DNA of 64,000 bases from the human T2T-CHM13v2.0 reference genome, Homo sapiens. Made by a program: the position numbers and the translations under genes. Position 1 is the stretch's first letter. Each line of letters opens with the position of its first letter. A model generated the notes under the pieces. That model searched no databases. It was given only the letters and a program-made list of their open reading frames with translations, and was not told the origin of the DNA. The DNA lies in assembly GCF_009914755.1 (NCBI RefSeq), contig NC_060938.1. The stretch is one strand, 5' to 3'. Below, in pieces: positions 1 through 23,992 of the stretch.

Positions 1-464
1 TAAGAGCAACTTGATAGTCTCAGGAACAACAGTGAAAGAAATGAGTTTTCTCCTAATGAATACTACAAAATACTATGAAATACTACTGAAGTTACTACAG
101 TGATTTTTTTTTCACAAGGAAAAACAGAAAAACACTGAAAAGTAAAGGTTTCATTTAACCTTAAAGAAACCACAGCTTTCTGCTAGAGATATTCATCGTC
201 AGGAGAAATTAGAAATTGACTTATAACTACATTTATACATGTTCCATTCTTCTGCAGCATTCAAAATTTTAAATACGGATACAGATGTAATGTTTATCCT
301 CCTAGTGCAAAGCCAAGATTATAGCCAGATGGAAATCAGCTTTATCACCTCCCAACATCTGGCTCTCAACACACTGCCAAAGCAATATCACTTTAAATGT
401 GGACCGAGAACCCAGAGTCCTAGTGCAGGCTCTAATGTAGCCCTGTGGTACGATCTAAAAGCTA

Positions 465-762
<298 letters not shown>

Positions 763-1301
763 TGCCATATTATTGTCTTCCTGAATAACAGCTACTTGTA
801 CCATAAACACATCAAGGAGATTTTACCATATGCATTATAATAAAGTACATTTGAAAAGTATAGTCATGAAAGTATATACTTGACCTATATTTTGAAAATT
901 CATGGACAAGTCCTACTTTCTAGAAAGAAAAAGCTCATAAATGTAGTACTGTACTAAGCCATAGAGTTTACTGGGAAACCTAGGATGATTACAGAATCAT
1001 TCTGGCCCTTAACCTGGAAGCCACGCAGAGAAACTTCCAGTAAAATACCATGCTGACACTGCAGGTGCCTTTAAAGACACATTTCTAGGAAAGCTGGGCA
1101 TTTAACAGGAAGGGAAAACAAGGTAGGAAAGTACTGTGGATCTTCCCAACTATTAATAGTATCATTTTTATTAAAATTGGACAGTCTCACCCCTTTTGTT
1201 GTTGCTCTAGGTATATACCCATCACCTCCTTTCTTACACATACACACACCCATAGACACATATACACACACTGACATCCTTTCACTGTACTTCTCCATTT
1301 A

Positions 1302-1695
<394 letters not shown>

Positions 1696-1761
1696 CTATC
1701 TGTTGAGATAATCTCTTTGGATAATGAGGATCTTACTCCTTGTCCAGCATTCCCATCTTCA

Positions 1762-5139
<3,378 letters not shown>

Positions 5140-5834
5140 CTATTGGAGAAAAAAACCACACACGCACATAATCAAAGCTTTAGCATTACACAGCATTATG
5201 AAGAAATAGCACTTGAGGTAAATGAAATCACTCTTATTAAACCAAATTGTGAAACAAAGCAAAACAAAGTTATACCGCTGATCTCTAGGCACAGCTCATG
5301 CTTGGTGCAATGGATTAACATCCAAAAAAAATTCATAATTTCATAATTTTCAATGCTCCTTTCTAAATCCCACATGTCCTAAAGTGAAATCATAATTACA
5401 CTTGAAGTTGACCAGTAAACACAGTATTCGAAATTCTAACCACTTCACCAAAAACAGATGCCTAAATTAAATACAGCTAAGGAACATTAGCTAGAAATTA
5501 TTCATGACAAAAATGTCCAAGCTAGTTTCATAACATTTATACATTACACAATAACCATGACTTTTAGAAAAATACTTATAATGAATTGCTAAGACATTGT
5601 AATAAGGTGAAGCAATAGGAAGAAATTTTAAGAATCAAATTGTATCAAAGAGAGATTGGGGGCATTAAGAGGTTATTATTATTATGGTTAAGTATAGTCA
5701 CCTCAGGGAAAGAGGCTGGGAATGGGAAAAGATAAAGCAGGAAAATTCCTTTTCATATAAACCTTTCTTTGCCATTTGATTGTTAAATCCTGTTCATGTA
5801 TTACTCTGATGTTTTTAGAAAGTCGTTATTATTC

Positions 5835-6214
<380 letters not shown>

Positions 6215-6499
6215 TTAAGTTTTCCTGCAAGTGAAAACACAAAAACAAAAAACAAAACAAAAAAAACCAAACCCTAAGATTCCAGTGCCATTAAAGGTCT
6301 CCCCTTCTTCTCCATCAGTGAGAGCCACGTGGGTGGGCCCCTGCAGGCGGTGGGGCCGGTTTTCCAAACTCGGGACAAATCAGGGCTCTTAACTGCAGAA
6401 TTTCTGCTGCTTTCTAAGCTAATGCACTAAGCAGCCGGCAGCAACTGAGGGGTAAACGTTTAACAAGTATTCCGATTAATGTAAACCCAATGATTTCCT

Positions 6500-6965
6500 G
6501 ATGACGCCTCCCAGCGCCTGGGACTGACGGGACGCACGGGCCTGGATCCAGGGCACGGGGGCCTGGGAGGGCCGCGCGGGCCGAGTCCGGGGCAGCGCTG
6601 CCTTCCCGCCAGGCCCAGCCCCTCCCTGGCCAGCCCCGTCCTTGTCCCCAAACTGGGCCCGCCCGGCCGCCAGGCCGCCGGGCCTCCGGGGCCCTCGCGC
6701 ATCCGGCTCCGAAAGCTGCGCGCAGCCATCATCAGGGCCCTTCTGGTGTTAGAAGAGACCCCGGCATCATCTTTTCGTCGCGTGCTTCCCCCAGAGTCAC
6801 CTGGAGTCCCGCTTAACAAATTCTCCGACACCAACCGCCTCGGACGCCGACGCGCGCACCTTGGATCTTGAGGCTCGTGCGTGCCCACGAGCATGCGCTT
6901 CGGAGGGGGCGCGCCAGGCCGCGAGACACCAGTGCGCATGCGCACCAGTTGTTCCAGCCAAGGAT
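6500..6965. promoter_or_regulatory. CpG island / MLH3 promoter with a perfect NRF1 palindrome
   Basis: GC- and CpG-rich. TGCGCATGCGCA at 6933-6944 (extends to the 14-bp palindrome 6932-6945) and a second GCATGCGC at 6891-6898. Confidence 0.85.
6801..6952 (-). other. MLH3: MLH3 non-coding exon 1 (5'UTR)
   Basis: Donor CAG|GTGACT at 6801/6800 inside a CpG island; agrees with my recollection of the MLH3 mRNA leader. The 5' end is approximate. Confidence 0.85.
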
Positions 6966-7350
6966 CCGCATCCCAGGGTTCAGTGAACCGGTACCTACAG
7001 TCTCAATCCTTATTCCCTTTTGGCATGGTGTTAAAGACTATGTCGTAACTTTTACTTTTGTTTTTATTTTTTTTTCCCGTGTTTTCCCTTTCCTTTTTTT
7101 TCTCATTTTCACCTTTGCTCTTAACTACCGTTTAATTCAATATATATTTTATGTGTTTACTTATTGTCTTCTCTCCCTAGAATGTAAGCTATGTGAAGGT
7201 AAGGAGTTTATATATTTTGTTTACTGCTGTATCCCAGTTACCAAGAACAGTGCCTGGCCTATGGTAGGCACCGAATGAATGAATAATTCCAGAGCCTGCC
7301 ATCTTAGAATTATGGCATTTGGAGCTGGAAAAGGCTGAGAAACTGTCTAA

Positions 7351-7662
<312 letters not shown>

Positions 7663-7989
7663 CTTTGCTCAACTCTTAATTTACAGATGACAACACCAAG
7701 ACTCTCTTCACTGACTTGAATCTCCCCAGTGCCACCACAGCTTTTAGTTATAAAAATAACTAAAGGAGAGCAGAACTCTGAGAATGCTGTGAGAATAAAG
7801 TGTTTTGGAATTGTTAACCAGTCCTTAGTTTTTGCTTTCTATCTCATTTTCATTGAGAATTTAAAGTGGAATTTATAACGAATTTGTCAGACCTGGTAAG
7901 CATTTGATATATGCTAGTTTAGTGACTAACCAAACCCAACCAACCAGTCTTCTAGGGCTGATTAAGCAAAATCCTGATAACTGTTTATG

Positions 7990-8370
7990 ATTATTACTAT
8001 ACCTAGGGCTGCCATAACAAAATACCTCAGACTGAGTAGCTTAAGCAGCAGAAGTCTATTTCCTCTCAGTTCTAGAGACTGGAAGTCTGAGATCAAGGTG
8101 TTGGCAGCAACGATTTCTCCTGAGGCCTCTCTCCTTGGCTTGTAGATGGCCATTTTCACAGGGTCTTTGATTTTTGCACACGTGTCTATAGCCAATATGT
8201 TCTCTTATAAGAACACCAGTCAGATTGGATTAGGGCCCACCCTCACAGCCTCATTTAATCTTAATCACCTCTTTAAAGGCCCTATGTCCAAATACAGTCA
8301 CTTTCTGAGGTACTGGGGACTGAGACTTTAACATATGAATTTGGTGGGACACAGTTCAGCCCATAACATA
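7990..8370. mobile_element. MaLR solo LTR (MLT1 family)
   Basis: Typical gggctgccataacaaaatacc...ggaagtctgagatcaaggtg...ttcagcccataaca motifs. Confidence 0.8.
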
Positions 8371-8677
8371 ACTTTATGTGAATTCCTTACCCAGAGAAAA
8401 GAAACAACAGCAGAAGTAATTCATCCAAACATAAGGTGAACAGAGCTAACAAATTGAACTTGTGGTATTTGTTCTTATTAGGCATGGAATTTCTTGAAGA
8501 ACATTTCATAGAAACCATTTAAAGAAATGACTCAGACTTTTTTTCTTTCAGACCTCTTTAAATTACCTCAAAATCCTCTTCCTACAAATGTTTACTGAAT
8601 AAAGACCTCTCATTTCGCCCAAAAGGAAGTTCACTGAAGATTTTTTAAAAGTACTCTAAGCAGAAGGTTCTAACGTT

Positions 8678-8683
8678 TTTATT
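8678..8683 (-). terminator. ACYP1: ACYP1 polyadenylation signal AATAAA
   Basis: tttatt on the + strand, about 180 nt past the stop codon. Confidence 0.7.
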
Positions 8684-8863
8684 GATTAGATTTGTGTACA
8701 GTGGTAATCCTTCCATCATACAGGTAATATATAATAACATTCAAAAATCTGACATTAAAATAACTTATTGACTAATGCTAACATTAACACACAATAGTTC
8801 TATCTCTATTAATAATAAAAACCAAACCACTGAGTTTATCTTAGAAAACTTAAATTCAGGCCA

Positions 8864-9079
8864 TTATTTTACAATTTGGAAGTCTGAGTAATCCAACTTC
8901 AAGATGACTTTTTCATTGTTGAAGTTTGCTTTGTCGATGTGTGATTTAGGACTTCCTCTTGTTTCAAGCCATTCCTGCATATGACGCACCTTGGAGATGG
9001 GACCTTGCAATTGTCCTTGCACTGTGCCCCGGTCAGTGTTCTGGACCCAGCCTACCAATCCCAGCTTTTTACCCTCAGC
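8864..9079 (-). CDS. ACYP1: ACYP1 last exon, coding part (aa 29-99 plus stop), acylphosphatase-1
   Basis: Acceptor ...ccccttag|GCT at 9080/9079; encodes [22 protein letters not shown]...DFQIVK* including the catalytic WVQN motif; TAA at 8866-8864. Confidence 0.97.
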   Translation of the reverse strand, partial: AEGKKLGLVGWVQNTDRGTVQGQLQGPISKVRHMQEWLETRGSPKSHIDKANFNNEKVILKLDYSDFQIVK

Positions 9080-10463
9080 CTAAGGGGGGTAAAAAGAGAG
9101 AGAGATCCAGTGAGATTGAAGAAAACAAGGTAAGACTACAATCTGTTGCCAGAATCTTGGCCTAGAATCAAGCCACTGAAACTAATTTGATATTGCCCAG
9201 AACAGTCAAAAGAAAGACAGCAAGAAGGATCTCATTGCTTATCTTCACATGAAGTATTGGCCACTTGACTGCATGTCTTTCTTCTACCCTATAAAACCCA
9301 GGCACTAGAATTTTTCACTGTGTAGTCAATTTGGTTAAGTATCAAAGACTTAAGTCCAAAACAGATGCTTTTGAAATGATCCCCTAAGGCTGATTGTTTT
9401 TAGAATACTGGACTGTATCTTGCTCATTTTCCCTTCCCCTAATCAAGAATCTATTGGGTATGTTAAATGGAAAAAACATGAAGTTATCTGATCCTTCCCT
9501 TTGCCTTTAACCAGGACCACACCTAAACAAATCCAGATGAATTAGTGTTCATTATATCTTTAAAGATCATTAGAAAGTATTTCACAATTTCCTGGGCAAC
9601 TCATCCCGTTGTTCTTACTGTAGTGAAACTGTCTAACCCAACATCTTTATGTTGTAGCCAAAGCCCACTTTATTATCTTCCTAGAAAAGGAAAGCAGCTG
9701 GTGTTCAGCCTCTCAACAGCAAACCATGAGACTACATAACTATCAGGTTTTCACTTCACTTTCTTCTCTTCTGTCTAAATAATCACAATGCCTTTAGGCT
9801 TATAAAAAGCATCTAATCATTACAGTGTCTTATCCTTTTTAATGTTCTTTCCTTTTATTAAACTGTGGCAAGACTGAATGTTTAGGAAAGGTAGCAATGT
9901 TTTGGAGGTAATTTTATTTTTGTATAAATTTATGATTAGAATATTAAGTCATTGATTGTTAAAGTAATTATCTAAATAGAAGATGTTGGATTACAAAAGA
10001 AAATGGGAGTTAACATGATTGCATGTCAAAATGTGGGAAATTGCTGGAGTTGGCCAAAGAAAACGTTATGCATAGCAACAAAATGTTTGATGAGGAATTT
10101 AAGTATCCATCAAATCAAAGACATGTTCAAAGCAAAGACATGTTTGCTTAATGAACAAAACAGACTCCAGCCAAATAAATAACCATTTGAGGGATACAAA
10201 GGAAATTAAGGAATGAAGAAAAATAGAAGATGCCTACCTGATGCGCTGCTAAGTGCCAAAGAAGATACCATAAAAGAAGAATGCTGAGAATGAATTTTGA
10301 GTAAGACTCCGCATCCAACTGACAGGGCAGTATAACAACTGCCCTCTTCTGCTTCAAATTAACCCAGGGGAGCTGACTATCTCCAGTTCTTAAGAGTTAT
10401 CTTATATGGTAAATAGCTGTAAGAATGTGCAGTTTTAAACAGGAGGTTGTCACAGTCAAATAA

Positions 10464-10804
<341 letters not shown>

Positions 10805-11775
10805 TTATCTGAACTCTTGAGAGTTGAACAGAACACTCCAAAATTTGACCAGTGTTGAGAATGGGCGTTTCCTACTGGTTTCATTTGTGTGCTCAACTCT
10901 GTTCTTATTTTTTTAATGATGACATAATGTTATTGACTCATGTTCAGTTTTGAATATCTATTGCACCAACAGGGTTTTTCTCCCCTAAGAAAATTCCAAA
11001 AAGTGAATTCTACCTCATAACCATATTTTTGCTTAAACAATCATCTGACAACATTTCAAGGACTGTAATCACCACCTCTAGTTGCAATCTAAAAAGAAAC
11101 TCTCTTCAAATCAATAATCAAGATTTCCACCTTAGGATACTAGAAAAAGAAGAGCAAACTGAATTCAAAATGAGCAGAAAGAAGGAAATAAAGATTAGAG
11201 CAGAAATTAATGGAAAGCAGAAGAATAGAGAAAATCAATAAAACAAAAGTTGCTTCTTTGACAGGATCAACAAAATTGACAACCTTTAGCTAGACTGATA
11301 AAGAAAAACGGATGAAAGCCTCAAATTACTAAAATCAGAAATAAAAGGAGACATTACCACCAACCTTACAAAGATAAAAAGGATAAAAGGGAATTCTATG
11401 AACAATTATATGCCAAAAAATTAGATTAAATTTTTTTGGATGAAAACAAACCTAATACCTAGAAAGACAAACAACCAAAACTGAATCAAGAAGAAATAGA
11501 AAGTCTGAATAGACCTATACCAAGAGATGGAATTTGTAATCAAAAACTTCCCACAGATAAAAAGCCCAGGACCAGATGGCTTCATGGGTAAATTCTACCA
11601 AATGTTTAAAAAAAAATCCTTTACCAACCCTTCACAAACTCTTCCAAAAAATAGAAGAAGATCCAAACCAAGAATTAAGGGTTAAAAAAAAGAAGAGGAA
11701 ACACTTCCCAACACATTTTATTAAGCCAGCATTATCCTCATACTAAAACTAAAGCTAAAAAATAAAAATGAAAAA

Positions 11776-11970
11776 TAAGTGTCTCATTCCTGGGACTGTG
11801 GTACTTAAAATTCAAATTCTAACCTGGAAGGAATCTTTGAAACATGAATGTGAATTGTCAATACCTCTTTTCCTTTTTCTTTTTTTTTTCTGAAGGATGG
11901 TGGCACAGTCACAGCTTATTGCAGCCTTAACCTCCCAGGCTCAAATGATCCTCCTTCCTCAGCCTCCCAA
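11776..11970 (-). repeat. Inverted duplicate of 17741-17935 (195 bp, 1 mismatch)
   Basis: Base-by-base reverse-complement comparison. Confidence 0.97.
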
Positions 11971-13061
11971 AAACAAAGCTGTCACGAGAAAAAACAACCA
12001 AAAAACCATAGACCAATATCTCTTATGAACAGAGATGCAAAAATCATCAGCAAAATACTAGCAAACCAAATCAGGCAACACAGAAAAAGAATTGTATACC
12101 ATGACAAACTAGGATTTCTTTCAAGGTTGGTTCAATATACAAGAAGTAATCAATTTAATACACCATATTAATAAAACAAAAGCTATATGATCATCTCAAT
12201 AGATGGCAAAAAAGCATTTGACAAAAACCAATACCTCTTTTATGATCAAAACACTCAACAAACTAGGAACAGAAGGAAACTTCCTCAACCTGATAAAGGG
12301 AATCTGTGAAAAACCCACTGCTAACATCATACTTAATGGTGAAAGATTAAAAACGTTCCCACGAAGATCAGGAACAAGACAAGGATGTCTGCTGTTACCA
12401 CTCTACTCAATATTATACTTGAGGGTCTATCCACAGCAGGAGAAAGAAAAGGCATTCAGATTGGAAAGGAAAAAGCAGAACTACCTCTATTTGTAGATGA
12501 CATATCTTGTATACAAAAAGTCCTAAGAAACATACACAGGCACACACTAGAGCTAATTAACAGTCTCACAAGGTTGTAGGATATAAGATTGATATACAAA
12601 AATCAATTGTATTTCTATACACTAGCAATGAAAAACTGAAAATGAAATTAGGAAACAATTCCATTTATAATAGCATCAAAAAGATAGAGTGTCTAGGAAT
12701 AAATTTAACAAAAGAATTGCACGACATATATGGAAATCTACAAAACATTCTTGAAAGAAATTAAAGAGTATCTAAATAAATGGAAAGACATCCCTTACTG
12801 ATGTATTGAAATACTTAACATTGTTAAGATGATATTACTACCCAATTGATCTACAGATTCAACTCAATCTCTATCAAAATCCCAGTGCTTTTGCAGAAAT
12901 CGAAAAATTGATACTAAAATTTACATGGAAACATAAGGGACCCAGGATAGCTAGAAATAATCTTGAAAAGGAAAAACAAAGTTGAAGGATTCACACTTCC
13001 CAATTTCAAAACTTACTACAAAGCTGCAGTAACTGAGACAGTGTGGTACTGGCATAAGGAT

Positions 13062-14080
<1,019 letters not shown>

Positions 14081-14337
14081 GCAGACATATAGATGAATGG
14101 AATAGTATTGAGAGTCCAGAAATAAATCCTTACATTTATGTTGATTTTTGAAAAGGGTGCTATGACAAATGTGGGAAATAATACTCACTTCAACAAATGG
14201 TGCTGGGACAACTGGATATTCATATGCAAAAGAATAAAGCTGGATTTCCTACCTCACATCACATAAAAATTAACTCAAACTGGATCAAAGACCTCAATCT
14301 AAGAGTGTAAACTATGAAATTTTGAAGAAAACATAGG

Positions 14338-14783
14338 CGGCTGGGCGCGGTGGCTCACGCCTGTAATCCCAGCACTTTGGGAGGCTGAGGCGGGTGGATC
14401 ACGAGGTCAGGAGTTCGAGACCAGTCTGACCAACATGGTGAAACCCCGTCGCTACTAAAAATGCAAAAATTAGTTGGGCGTGATATAGCACACCTGTAAT
14501 CTCAGCTACTCAGGAGAATCGCTTGAACCCTGGAGGCGGAAGGTTGCAGTGAGCCGAGATCGAGATCACGCCACTGCACAGAGCGAGACTCTGTCTTAAA
14601 AAAAAAAAAAAAAAAAAAAAGGAAAAGAAAACATAGGCATGACAGCAGCTGGGTGTGGTGGCTCACACCTGTAATCCCAGCACTTTGGGAGGCTGAGGTG
14701 GGCAGATTGCTTGAGGTCAGGATCAGCCAGGCAACATGGGGAAACCCAGTTGCTACAAAAAACAAAAACAAAACAAACAAAAA
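14338..14783 (+). mobile_element. Alu dimer plus Alu left monomer inserted at the same L1 site
   Basis: aaaacataggc occurs before, between and after the two elements. Confidence 0.9.
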
Positions 14784-16192
14784 ACATAGGCATGAACCTT
14801 CATGACCTTGGATTAGGAAGATTTCTTAGATATAACACTAAAAGTGCAAGCAAAAAAAGAACAGATAAATTTGATTTGACTTCATCAAAAGTAAAAACTT
14901 TTGTACTTCACAGACACTATCAAGAAATTAAAAAGACAACCCACAGAATGGGAGAAATATTTGTATATCATACATCTGATAAGGGACTAGTATCCAGAAT
15001 AAAAATATTCTTACAACTCAAGAATAAGGAGGCAAATAACTAAAAATGGGCAAAAATATTTGAATGGACATTTCTTCAAAGCAGACATAAAATATGCCAA
15101 TAAGCACATGAAAAGATGCTCAACATCATTAGTCATTAGGAAGGCAAATCAAAACCACACTGAAAGTATACACATACAACAGGATATTATTCCGTCTTAC
15201 AAAGAAAGGAAATTGTTTTTACTTTCATGATATAACACAGATGAACCCTGAGGATATTATGCTAAGTGAAATAAGCCAGCCACAAAAGGACAAATACTGT
15301 AAAATTCCACTTATATGAGGTAACTAGAGCAGTTGAATTAATAGAATGTAGATTTATGATTGTCAGGGGCATGGGGGAAGGAGAAAATGGGGAGTTAGTG
15401 TTTAATGAATACAGAGTTTCAGTTTTGCAAGATGAAAAGCGTTCTGTAGATAAACAGAACAATGTGAATGTGCTTAAGACCACTGAATTGTACATTTAAA
15501 AATGGTTAGAACAATAATTTCTATGTTATATGTATTCTACCACAATTTTAGAAGTAAGTGTGCTATATGGTTTCCAAATATTTTGGGATTTTCCAGTTAT
15601 CCTTTTTATTTTTTTAATGTGGTTTAGTTCCACTGTAGTTGGAGAACATTCCTTGATTTAAATCCTTTTAAATTCATTAATACCTGAAAAACAAACAAAC
15701 AACCACAATGAAATATTACCTCATACCCACTAGGATGGCTAACATAAAAGACAGTAACCATTGTTGGCAAGGATGTGGACAAACTGGAATTCTCACACAT
15801 TGCCAGTGAGAACATAATATGGTATAGCTACTTTGGAAAAGTTTGGCAGTTCCTCAAAAAGCTAAACATAAAGTTACCATATGACCCAGCAATCTACTCC
15901 TAGGTATGTATATACTCAATGGAACTGAAAACATTGTCTACATAAAAATATGTGCATATGTGTTCACAGCACTACTATTCATAATGGCCAAAAATCAGAA
16001 ACCCAAATTTCCATCAATTGATGAATGGATAAATGAAATGTGGTATATCCATACAATGGAATATTATTCAGCCATAAAAAGGAATAGGATACTAATACAT
16101 GCTACAGTGTAGATAAACCTTGAAAACAATATGTTAAGTGAAAGGAGCCAGTCACAAAAAAAGGCCACATTTGTATGATTCCATTTATATTA

Positions 16193-16526
<334 letters not shown>

Positions 16527-17105
16527 CTAGAATAGGCAAATCCATAGAGACAGAAAGTAGGTTAGTGGTTGCCAGGGGCTCAGGGGATGAGGAGTGAGTG
16601 CTAACCTAGGTAGGGGTTTCTTTTTGGGATGATGAAAATGTTCTGGAATTAGTGCAACATTTTGTGAATATACTAAAAATCACCAAATTATACACTTTAG
16701 GAGGATGGGTTTTATGGGATGTAAATTATATTCCAAGTTTTCAAAAGTCCCTGAATTATTATTTGTCACTTCTCTAGAAATGAAGGAATTTAAATAAGAG
16801 GCTAGATAATATCAACAGCAAACATTGCAGCAAAACAACTGTTCAAATGAACATATATATTTAAATGATTATAAATAGTAAAGAATAAGCTACAAGCCTA
16901 ATTAAGAAAAAATAGATGTCATTTTATATGCAGTTTTCCAATCAATATTTGTTTTTCTGCATTCTGTTATTCTCTCTTTAAACTGGGGAGAGGGGCAGGT
17001 AGAGAAAGATGGGCTATGCATACCACTATCTGACCCTTTTCCCTCAACAACTTTGACTAATCTTTGAAGCTGTTATCTCAATCACCTTAATTTACAGGAA
17101 CTTAC

Positions 17106-17184
17106 CTGCATAACTGGTAGCAAAGCTAACTGGAACACAGCTCTTGCTGTGAGTTTCAGCAATTCTGTTTTCAACAGTCATTTC
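17106..17184 (-). CDS. ACYP1: ACYP1 79-nt alternative cassette exon (frameshifting; 55-aa isoform)
   Basis: Acceptor aaatag|GAA at 17185/17184 and donor CAG|GTAAG at 17106/17105. Reads EMTVENRIAETHSKSCVPVSFATSYA, then G|GC TGA in the last exon. Matches my recollection of the short ACYP1 splice variant. Confidence 0.85.
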
Positions 17185-17198
17185 CTATTTGAGTGTCA

Positions 17199-18100
<902 letters not shown>

Positions 18101-18888
18101 GAAGTTTTGCAGTCCTAACTCATTATCTGTGGGATTAGCGACACACTGGGAAGGCAATAGCCAATACCTACAGAAGGCAGAGGGTAAATTGAGCTTGCAT
18201 TTGTGTGTGCCTGTTGAGGGAAGATTAGCCACATTAAAGCAGAGGTAGAGGCTGCCAACAGTTTGTCCATCCCCTCAAATAATCCTTTATTGCTCTAGGA
18301 AGAATACCAGGCTCCACATTCAGTGTTCCCATCACCTATTCTGGAATGGATAAAGAGTTTTTAATAAGAAAAACGTCAGCTGGAAAAGGTAAATGTTCTT
18401 TCAAAACCAAAAAAGAATAGAAAGAAATTAAGTGGAGAACTGAGGGAAGCTTGGAGAAAGAGGTCTGAAGAAAGTGCAGCAGCTGCAGAGGAAGCATTTA
18501 TATATGTTATATACATGACATCAGGTCATCTAAATGCCAGCTCTTCAATCAATGTTAGCCTTTCTATAAGAAACCTGACTTGGTTTGATGATGCCACAAC
18601 GGCGAGCACTGGGGAAGCCCTCTATTTCCCTTGGAAGAGAGAAGCTCATTAATATGTGTATCTAGATGCTCAGGCACCACTGACTAATAATAACAGCAGG
18701 GTGATCTTCCATTTACACCATGTTTTACCGATTGCACAGCATTTTCATACTCATTGCTCTACAAACTACCTCTTTGCCATGCAGCTACCAAATAGCCAGC
18801 GGCTTCTAGTTCACATTTGTCAAGAACACGTCCCTTGTTCCTATGCCCACAACCTAGGTTACCACCCCAAAGCCTGCAGGCCACATAC

Positions 18889-18972
18889 CTGAGTATGCTT
18901 ACGGAAAAACACCCCTTGCACCTTCCCAAAAATTTCATAATCCACTGATATCAGGGTGTTTCCTTCTGCCAT
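18889..18972 (-). CDS. ACYP1: ACYP1 exon 2 coding part (aa 1-28)
   Basis: MAEGNTLISVDYEIFGKVQGVFFRKHTQ contains the acylphosphatase GxVQGVxFR motif. Exon spans 18889-18980; acceptor AG at 18982-18981; donor CAG|GTATGT. Missed by the ORF track because it is short. Confidence 0.97.
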
Positions 18973-19149
18973 GCTCAAACCTGTCAGAAACCAGGAAAGC
19001 AGAAGAGTGAAGGGCTATTATTCCAGGACCCGCAAGCCTGAGTCAGAAAGGGCCACACCCACCCCTGTCCATCCTTAACCATTGCGACCTCTCCCCGACT
19101 TCAAGGTCCTGGAAATGGAAACGTGAGTGGATGTGATAAGGTGTGTGTG

Positions 19150-19630
19150 AAGGAAGAACCAGACGCCGGGAGAGGGAGCTTCGGATCGCAGCTGCCCGCT
19201 GAAGCCTCTTCTGGGGAAATAACCTGAGGACCGATGACCTCCTTACATCCATGCCCGGTCCCGCTCCCTCACTACCAGAATTCCCTGCTACTAACTCCCA
19301 GAATCCCCTGCTACTAACATTTTAGGGCTAATCGACCTGAGAAGCACACCCTGGGGGCCCCTGGCGGCTCACCCTCCTTGTCTTCCCCACCGGCTGCCAG
19401 GATCACTCCGGGACCACCACGCCAACGGCTCACCAAGGCGCGCAAACCTCCGCGCCCGGAAGTTTAGTGTGTAGCTGCTCCTTCGCTGTCGCTCATGCCC
19501 ATCACCTCCAGCTGACCAATCAGAGACGGCGCCTCGGCCCGGGCCCGCCCAGAAGGTGGGATTTCAGGACGCGGTTGTCCGGCAACCCAAAAGCTTTGGG
19601 TTGGGGATCTGTCCAGGAACTCGGCTGGGC
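19150..19630. promoter_or_regulatory. CpG-rich ACYP1 proximal promoter
   Basis: ETS site CCGGAAGT 19456-19463, CCAAT box 19516-19520, GC box about 19541-19550, X-box-like GTTGTCCGGCAAC 19574-19586. Confidence 0.75.
19434..19500 (-). other. ACYP1: ACYP1 proximal non-coding exon 1
   Basis: Donor TTG|GTGAGC at 19434/19433 in a CpG-rich region; the 5' end is approximate. Confidence 0.7.
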
Positions 19631-19884
19631 CTCCACAAACCTAGCCCTCATCGCATCTCAGTCAACAAGCGCAACCCTCTTCTCATTTTCTCATGAGGAG
19701 AAAGGCATAGACGAAGAAGTACATGGGGATACATTCAATCATTCAATTAAATACTGACTGACAGCTACTGTGTGCCAGGCACCTGTTCTAGGTGACCAGG
19801 CAAACATCAGTGAACAAAACAGGATCCCTGTCCTGAGGAGCTTAATTCTGGAGGTGAGAGACAAACAGCACACATTAAACATCA

Positions 19885-23843
<3,959 letters not shown>

Positions 23844-23870
23844 TCAATGGAAAGTCGCCCTTCTTTCTCA

Positions 23871-23992
23871 TAGAGGAGAGGGAAGGAGAGAGAGAGAGGA
23901 GAGAGGGAGACAGACAGAGACAGAAACAGAGGAGAGAGGGAGAGGAGGAAGAAGAGAGAGAGACAGAGAGAGAGAGAAAGAGAAAAAGAAAG
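23871..23992. repeat. GA-rich polypurine low-complexity tract
   Basis: (GA)n/(GACA)n mosaic. Confidence 0.9.

Noticed and set aside
6460-6945. 161-aa minus-strand ORF in the MLH3 CpG island
   Set aside because: GC-rich sequence lacking stops and crossing the exon-1 donor; only its spliced form is considered, as a uORF.
12203-12579. Reverse-transcriptase-like ORFs
   Set aside because: Frameshifted, stop-ridden remnants of an old L1 ORF2; not an active element.
19275-19325. 23-bp tandem duplication carrying two TACTAAC branch-point consensus motifs before a + strand AG
   Set aside because: Antisense to ACYP1, no clear polypyrimidine tract and no identifiable upstream + strand exon; probably chance.
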